Part shown: positions 26,492 through 32,000 of the stretch, one piece after another
How the letters are laid out: each line of letters starts with the position of its first letter
How positions within the stretch are numbered: position 1 is the first letter of the stretch
Notes under the pieces: generated by a model
Database searches by the model: none
Told to the model about the DNA's origin: nothing
What the model saw: only the letters and a program-made list of their open reading frames with translations
Source of the DNA: an uncultured Alphaproteobacteria bacterium
GTDB taxonomy: Bacteria > Pseudomonadota > Alphaproteobacteria > Rs-D84 > CACZYB01
NCBI GenBank assembly: GCA_934246625.1
Contig: CAKQHZ010000001.1
Location: forward strand, 270,001 to 302,000
Direction: 5' to 3'
Length of the DNA stretch: 32,000 bases
Program-made: the position numbers and the translations under genes

Positions 26492-27976
26492 ATGAAAAAA
26501 ACTAATGCACTTTTAAATTATATTTATGCTCAACGATGGTGTAATTTCAAAGAGGATATTATCAATGGAAATGTAAAATCTGTTGTATTAGAAAGTGCAC
26601 CATTTGATGATGATAAAAAATTTTTTATCCTTGGAAAGGCGGAAATAAAAAATAAATCACCAAAGTTTTTTATTATGCCTCTTGCAAAGGGAATAATGGC
26701 AAATGAAATGCCTCTTCGATATAAAAAATTTAAGGTATTTGATGCCCTTAAATCAAGCAATTATTGGTCCTCAATTATGAATGCGACTTGTCTTAATAAT
26801 TCGCTTTCTGTGTCAAAAGAATATAATCTTGTATATCAATCTTGGACCGATTTGGATTTTATTACAAATCACTTGAATGATACATCAAAACCTCTTAATG
26901 CAGAACAAAGTAATACAACTTTGATAATTGGAAATAGGACTTTAGCTTTTAAGCAACAACGCCTTATTGAATTTTCAAATTCTGTTAATCCAGAAGTTGA
27001 AATGAATTACAACCTTATGAAAAGTAAATGTTCTGTTATTCCAAAAACATACGGGCATTTATTTTTGATTTCACCAAAGGGGGAAAATGCCTTTGTTGGA
27101 ATTGTGCAAGAATTTATTCCAAACCATGGGGATTTGTGGGCAATACTCCTTAAACGAATTTATGAAATTTTAATTAAAGCCATAAAAAATAATAAGGATA
27201 AAATTGCATCTCGAGATATTACTCCACTTAAACATTTGATGAATGACCTTGGGGTAAGGACATCTGAAATGCTTAAATGTCTTTCTTCATTTAAAGGAAG
27301 TGATGATTTAAAGGTTGAAGCAATTACAACAAAGTATATCAAAAACTATACTGCTGAATTAAAAAATCAAGCCGAAGAGGCAAAAAACAAAATCTATCAA
27401 AATATAGAATATTTACCAGAGGTGATAAGGCAAAGAATCTCCCCTCTTCTTGAAAATTGGGATAAATATATTAACAAGTTTATTCAAGAAAACATATCCG
27501 AAATTTCAAAGCGAAAGCGAAAAGGAAAATTGATGCGGGTGCATGGAGATTTCCATCTTGGGCAAGTGATACTTTCTGAAAATAATGAACTTAAGTTTAT
27601 TGATTTTTCCGGTGAACCAAATCTTTCATTTGCAAAACGAAAGGAAAAGCACCCGTATATGTATGATATTGCAGGTATGTATCGCTCTATCAATGGGTAT
27701 TTGGAAGCATCAGTTGTAATTAAATATGCTATTGATGAATTTGGTGAACTTAATAAGGATAAATTGATACTGGGTTATAAAATTTTACATCCGGTAATTG
27801 AAAAGTTGACTGAAAGTTTTCTTAAACCTCAAAATATTGATAAGCAATGGTTAAACCTTGAAATACTAAGACGAAATCTTTATGAAATAAGTTATGAAAT
27901 TTCATACAGACCTAAAATGCTTTCGGTGCCAGTCTTTAATTTACTTAATCTTTTGAATGTGGATTATAAAATTTAA
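26492..27976 (+). CDS. mak: Maltokinase-like kinase (Mak/Pep2 family, APH-fold)
   Basis: RVHGDFHLGQVIL and IDFSGEPNLSFAKRKEKHPYMYDIAGMYRSINGY closely follow the maltokinase catalytic-loop and DFEGEP motifs. It is divergent from malQ. Confidence 0.75.
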   Translation: MKKTNALLNYIYAQRWCNFKEDIINGNVKSVVLESAPFDDDKKFFILGKAEIKNKSPKFFIMPLAKGIMANEMPLRYKKFKVFDALKSSNYWSSIMNATCLNNSLSVSKEYNLVYQSWTDLDFITNHLNDTSKPLNAEQSNTTLIIGNRTLAFKQQRLIEFSNSVNPEVEMNYNLMKSKCSVIPKTYGHLFLISPKGENAFVGIVQEFIPNHGDLWAILLKRIYEILIKAIKNNKDKIASRDITPLKHLMNDLGVRTSEMLKCLSSFKGSDDLKVEAITTKYIKNYTAELKNQAEEAKNKIYQNIEYLPEVIRQRISPLLENWDKYINKFIQENISEISKRKRKGKLMRVHGDFHLGQVILSENNELKFIDFSGEPNLSFAKRKEKHPYMYDIAGMYRSINGYLEASVVIKYAIDEFGELNKDKLILGYKILHPVIEKLTESFLKPQNIDKQWLNLEILRRNLYEISYEISYRPKMLSVPVFNLLNLLNVDYKI

Positions 27977-27992
27977 TTTGTAAATTTTTTTA

Positions 27993-28021
27993 TTGAAATA
28001 AAAATAGAATTAGGATATAAA
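27993..28021 (+). promoter_or_regulatory. Candidate sigma70 promoter for tRNA-Ser
   Basis: TTGAAA (27993-27998), a 17-nt spacer, then TATAAA (28016-28021). The tRNA starts 15 nt downstream. Confidence 0.45.
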
Positions 28022-28035
28022 TATTTTATCCTTTT

Positions 28036-28124
28036 GGAGGGTTGGCAGAGCGGTAATGCAGCGGATTGCTAATCCGTGACCGTAGTTTTATGGTCCACAG
28101 GTTCGAGTCCTGTACCCTCCGCCA
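28036..28124 (+). tRNA. tRNA-Ser (anticodon GCU), 89 nt with a long variable arm and encoded CCA
   Basis: GGAGGGTTGGCAGAGCGGTAATGCAGCGGATTGCTAATCCGTGACCGTAGTTTTATGGTCCACAGGTTCGAGTCCTGTACCCTCCGCCA. Anticodon stem GCGGA/TCCGT with loop TTGCTAA. The long variable arm is typical of class II tRNAs. Confidence 0.93.
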
Positions 28125-28261
28125 ATTTGAAAAATCCTATATCAATATAAAAATTATCCTGAAAAATCAATATTATCCTATGGTTTATTGTCCTATTTAT
28201 TTATGTTGATTTTAAATTGTTTCACCCATACTATAATTACAAATAACACAAGGAGGAAAAT

Positions 28262-28597
28262 ATGGTTCAAAGAAAGCGTATGTCCTTACTAGATGATTTA
28301 GAAATGCAAAGATGCACTACAAATAGAATGCTTACAAAGTTTTTATTGATTCTATGTATCGTGTTAATTTTATACATAACCTTTAACATTATAAATCGTG
28401 CAAAGGAACGTCGTGAGGTAGATTTGCTTGTTTCTGAAATTCAAAATGAAATTTTTATAAAACAATGTAATCTTAATAAAATGTATTGCTGTAGCTATAA
28501 AGACTCTGTTGCTTGCGATAAATGGGTTGAAAATAATTGTTTGGAAAGTGATGGAGCATTAGAAATAAATTGCTCTAATATACGAATAAATAATTGA
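28262..28597 (+). CDS. Small single-pass membrane protein with a Cys-rich extracytoplasmic tail, hypothetical
   Basis: Strong AAGGAGG SD. A basic N-terminus is followed by the TM segment FLLILCIVLILYITFNII, then 7 Cys in the last 50 residues. No known motif. Confidence 0.5.
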   Translation: MVQRKRMSLLDDLEMQRCTTNRMLTKFLLILCIVLILYITFNIINRAKERREVDLLVSEIQNEIFIKQCNLNKMYCCSYKDSVACDKWVENNCLESDGALEINCSNIRINN

Positions 28598-28605
28598 CAA
28601 AAATA

Positions 28606-28633
28606 TTGACAAACCTATTTTATATACTATAAT
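28606..28633 (+). promoter_or_regulatory. Consensus sigma70 promoter upstream of the 28666 small gene
   Basis: TTGACA (28606-28611), a 16-nt spacer, then TATAAT (28628-28633). A second TTGACA 10 bp upstream (28595-28600) overlaps the preceding stop codon. Confidence 0.55.
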
Positions 28634-28665
28634 CCTTTATATTACAATTTAATATGAGGATTAAA

Positions 28666-28911
28666 ATGAAACAAATTACAGACAAAGATTTAGAAACTAT
28701 GATACATGAACAAAATGCCCTTAACGATATGTTTAAGGAAGAATTTGGTTCAGAACAAATTGCAATGCAAAATATTTATGATGAATTAAAATCTGATGCA
28801 AAACTTCCTAAATTTGAAAATCCATTTTCAAAAATTATGAATAAAATAAAAGAAGCTAAAACTCATAAGGAATTTTTAAAAAGCGATTTCCTTAACGATA
28901 AAATCAGATAA
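28666..28911 (+). CDS. Small hydrophilic hypothetical protein (81 aa; the track ORF starts at 28654)
   Basis: The ATG at 28666 has GAGGA 5 nt upstream, and the predicted transcription start is near 28640. The ATG at 28654 has no SD. The protein is predicted helical and K/E-rich. No known motif. Confidence 0.45.
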   Translation: MKQITDKDLETMIHEQNALNDMFKEEFGSEQIAMQNIYDELKSDAKLPKFENPFSKIMNKIKEAKTHKEFLKSDFLNDKIR

Positions 28912-28998
28912 ATAAAGTATTGCATATACTGTTATTTTATTATATAATGAAATTATCCTTTAATAAGGATAAATAATAACAAAATAACAAAAGACAAA

Positions 28999-29028
28999 AG
29001 GTATTACAATGTAATACCTCTTTTTTTA
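28999..29028. terminator. Bidirectional intrinsic terminator between the convergent small genes and murE
   Basis: AGGTATTAC-aat-GTAATACCT is followed by CTTTTTTTATT on the + strand and by TTTTGTCTTTTGTT on the - strand. The murE stop lies in the + strand T-tail. Confidence 0.65.
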
Positions 29029-31968
29029 TTCTTCTTCCTTTAATAAATCCAAAACAGTTTGTTGGTCGGTGTATGGAATATGATTATCCTTTATAACAAT
29101 ATAGTCCTCGTGTCCCTTACCAGCAATCAAAATAACATCTCCCTTTGATGCAAGCTCTATTGCTTTTTTGATTGCATCTTTTCGACCTGTTTTAATTTCA
29201 ATAGCCTTTGGACAATGTGCCATTACTTCGTTTCGAATTTTTTGTGCATCTTCAAAACGAGGAGAATCATCTGTTAAAATTGCAATATCTGCAAGTTGTT
29301 GTGCCGCTTCACCAAGTTCTTGTCGTCTTCGTGTTTCATACACATCACCACAAGTTGAAAATACACAAATAATTTTTTTATCGGTCATTGAACGAAGAGT
29401 TTTTAATGTATTGACAAGAGCATCACCCTTATATGCAAAATCAACATAGATAGAAGCTCCCTTTTTCGTATCACCCATATATTCAAGTCTTCCAACGGCA
29501 TTTCTTACTTCACCAAGTCGTGGTAAAACATTTTGCCATGATGGAGTTGTGGCAATAACCATACCCAATGCACAAAGGAGATTGTAAAGTTGGAATGAAC
29601 CCAAAATTTTTAAATCAAAATGATATTTATGTCCGAATAATTCGACTTCGACATCTTGACCTGTAAGAGAAATTTTTTGTGAAAGTATCTTTAATTCCTT
29701 ACCATTTTTTCCGTATGAGAAAACTTTGATGCCTCGCTTATCACAAATATCTTTTAAAAATTCGTATTCTGGAATATCTGCATTTAAAACGGCTGTGCCA
29801 TCAGATGATAAATTTTCACGGAAAAGTTTTGACTTTGAATAAAGATAGCTTTTTGCATCACCATAAAAATCAACGTGGTCGGTTCCAAGGTTTGTGAAAC
29901 CCGCACTGGCAATTTTTATATTTTCCATACGAAGTTGGTCAAGCCCATGTGAAGAAAGTTCAATAGCGGCATTATTAACACCTTTTTCCTTGAAATACTT
30001 CAAAAACTTATAAACTTCACCATTAACAGGAGTTGTATAGTCAGAACCACTATACTTTATAACTTGTTTTTTTGAATAAACATTTTCAGCAATAATGCCT
30101 ATTGTTCCAGAACTTATTGCAGGAAGTCCCAATAATGCCCAAAGTTGACGGGTAAAATCAACGACAGAAGATTTTCCACTGCTTCCTGTGATTGCAACTA
30201 TTGTATCAGGTTGAGTTTTATTGTAAAAATTATAAATAATATCGGCAAAAGTTTTACGTGTATTATCAACCTTTATAACGACTATATTTTTATCATTTAT
30301 CAATTTTTGGGTTGCATCGTTAAAATTATAATCTTTTTCAACAATAACTGCCTTTGCTCCATTTTTAATGGCACTTTCTGTGTAATCGGCACCATTTACA
30401 GTAAAACCATTTATACCAATAAAAATTGAACCTTCTATTATTGTGTTGCTGTCAGAAGAAACTCGATAAATTGGAGTTGATGGAATATCCTTTAAATTAA
30501 AACCTGATTTCAAAAGAAGTTCATCAAGTGGCACAGAATGAGGAGCCAATTTATTGCGGATAAATTCCTTGTCCTTTTCATACATAGTTCCACAAATAAT
30601 GATTGAATCCCAATGGCGAGATGTATCAATGACTTCGTCTATTGCCTTATATCTGTTTGGAATAACGGTTGCCTTTGGACAATACTTTACAATAGTATCA
30701 CGAATATGTTTTGGATCTTCGGTTCGTGGATTATCATCAACAATAATTACTGTATCAGCATATTCATTTAAAACCTTTCCCATTTCAATACGACGAATGT
30801 CCGGTCTGTCGCCACTGCAACCTGCAATACAAATAAGATTATGGTCGACATAAGGTCTGAACTCTGTTAAAAGTTTTTTAAGTCCATCACCATTGTGTCC
30901 AAAGTCAACATAAATTTTTGCACCATTTGGAGATGTGCCAACATATTCAATACGTCCCTTTTCATTTTTCAAATTTGAAAGGTGTGGCAAAACCTTTTCC
31001 CAATCATCAACACTTGTCATAAATAAACCTAAAGCACACATAAAATTATATACCTGAAATTCAGTTACAAGATTAAGTGTTAAATCGTATATTTTACCAA
31101 AGATAGAAAGTTTTACCTTTTGTGAATAATTTTCTATTTTATACTCTAAAAGTTGAATATCGGCACCTGCGTTTTTACCATAGGTAATTGTTTTGATTCC
31201 TCGAGATTTACAAACATCAATTATTTTAGATGCACGAGAATCATCAATATTTATTACAGCAGTTCCATCACTTTCCAATAATTCAGAAAAAAGACGAAGT
31301 TTAGCATTAAAATATTCGTCAATAGTTTTATGATAATCAAGATGGTCATTGGAAATATTTGTAAAACCAGCGGATTTAATTTTTATATAATCTACACGAT
31401 TTTGAATAATTCCATGTGATGAAGTTTCAAGTGCAACATTTGTAATGCCTTCGTTGTATAAATTTTGCAAATTTTTATGTAAATCTATGGCATCAGGTGT
31501 TGTCAAAGTTTTTTGACCTACGTTGTTTGAAGTTTGAACTCCTACTGTGCCAATAGAAGCTCCATTGATACCAACAAAATCCCACATTTGCCTTACGAAA
31601 TTGACAATAGAACTTTTTCCATTTGTGCCAGTAACTGCCAAAATAAAATCTGGTTTATTTGGATAAAAAATATTTGAAACTTTTGCCTCGGTTTCACGAA
31701 TATTTTCAACAAAAATAAATGGAATGTTTTGATATTTAGATGGGTCAATATTATCTTTATTATCATTGCCGATAATAATTGCAACTGCACCATTTGAAAT
31801 TGCATTATCAATAAAATCTGCACCATTAAAATTTATTCCCTTTATCGCAATAAAGATATTTCCAGTTTGAATTTTTGATGAATTATTTTGAAGACCTGTA
31901 ATTTCAATATCGTTATTAAAATTAACTGTATTTGATTTTATATTATTTAATATTTCAGATAGTTTCAT
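29026..31968 (-). CDS. murE: Tandem MurE-MurE fusion: two complete UDP-MurNAc-tripeptide synthetase (Mur ligase) modules in one 980-aa polypeptide
   Basis: Module 1 (aa 1 to about 478; nt about 30535-31968) has VTGTNGKSS, LTTPDA, ETSSHG, FTNISNDHLDYH and DDNPRTEDP. Module 2 (aa about 479-980; nt 29029 to about 30534) has ITGSSGKSS, YTTPVN, ELSSHG, FTNLGTDHVDFY, DDSPRFED and AGKGHEDY. The frame is continuous with no internal stop. Confidence 0.85.
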   Translation of the reverse strand: MKLSEILNNIKSNTVNFNNDIEITGLQNNSSKIQTGNIFIAIKGINFNGADFIDNAISNGAVAIIIGNDNKDNIDPSKYQNIPFIFVENIRETEAKVSNIFYPNKPDFILAVTGTNGKSSIVNFVRQMWDFVGINGASIGTVGVQTSNNVGQKTLTTPDAIDLHKNLQNLYNEGITNVALETSSHGIIQNRVDYIKIKSAGFTNISNDHLDYHKTIDEYFNAKLRLFSELLESDGTAVINIDDSRASKIIDVCKSRGIKTITYGKNAGADIQLLEYKIENYSQKVKLSIFGKIYDLTLNLVTEFQVYNFMCALGLFMTSVDDWEKVLPHLSNLKNEKGRIEYVGTSPNGAKIYVDFGHNGDGLKKLLTEFRPYVDHNLICIAGCSGDRPDIRRIEMGKVLNEYADTVIIVDDNPRTEDPKHIRDTIVKYCPKATVIPNRYKAIDEVIDTSRHWDSIIICGTMYEKDKEFIRNKLAPHSVPLDELLLKSGFNLKDIPSTPIYRVSSDSNTIIEGSIFIGINGFTVNGADYTESAIKNGAKAVIVEKDYNFNDATQKLINDKNIVVIKVDNTRKTFADIIYNFYNKTQPDTIVAITGSSGKSSVVDFTRQLWALLGLPAISSGTIGIIAENVYSKKQVIKYSGSDYTTPVNGEVYKFLKYFKEKGVNNAAIELSSHGLDQLRMENIKIASAGFTNLGTDHVDFYGDAKSYLYSKSKLFRENLSSDGTAVLNADIPEYEFLKDICDKRGIKVFSYGKNGKELKILSQKISLTGQDVEVELFGHKYHFDLKILGSFQLYNLLCALGMVIATTPSWQNVLPRLGEVRNAVGRLEYMGDTKKGASIYVDFAYKGDALVNTLKTLRSMTDKKIICVFSTCGDVYETRRRQELGEAAQQLADIAILTDDSPRFEDAQKIRNEVMAHCPKAIEIKTGRKDAIKKAIELASKGDVILIAGKGHEDYIVIKDNHIPYTDQQTVLDLLKEEE

Positions 31969-32000
31969 TTTTTATCCTTTTATTATAATTGTTATATTTT

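Noticed and set aside
29029-30534. The second Mur ligase module being MurF (a MurE-MurF fusion)
   Set aside because: It carries MurE-type TTP, SSHG, D(S)PR and GKGHEDY motifs. It lacks the MurF-type DAYNANP-like and GDMxELG-like motifs as far as I can see by eye. A profile comparison is still needed.

Overview
This is a very AT-rich, gene-dense bacterial chromosome segment. It uses the standard genetic code, Shine-Dalgarno-type ribosome binding sites and hairpin plus T-run terminators. I support about 26 protein genes and 4 tRNAs (Thr-UGU, Asp-GUC, Cys-GCA, Ser-GCU). The content is mostly core housekeeping of a diderm cell: an MltB-type lytic transglycosylase, recJ, trmB, tpiA, a ppiD-like chaperone, infC, tilS, ftsH, an msbA-like ABC exporter, malQ, a maltokinase-like kinase, murE, and OmpA-like and other lipoproteins. 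The tilS-ftsH linkage and ppiD lying divergent from tpiA are reminiscent of Alphaproteobacteria. The ankyrin-repeat protein and the eukaryote-like Cys-rich secreted proteins hint at host association. Both of those statements are inference only. I saw no rRNA, CRISPR array, transposase, integrase or phage genes. I do not see a convincing multi-gene defence, secretion or biosynthetic system. Four items are most worth follow-up. (1) A single 980-codon ORF encodes two complete but non-identical MurE-type ligase modules head to tail. (2) A terminator-bounded pair of secreted cysteine-rich proteins carries CxxCxxGT[YF] repeats. (3) The 443-bp non-coding stretch next to that pair contains a candidate small transcript and an exactly duplicated SD-containing 11-mer. 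(4) A translationally coupled operon encodes an orphan ~12-14-TM membrane protein, an HD phosphohydrolase and TrmB. All functional calls come from motifs read by eye; no database search was possible.
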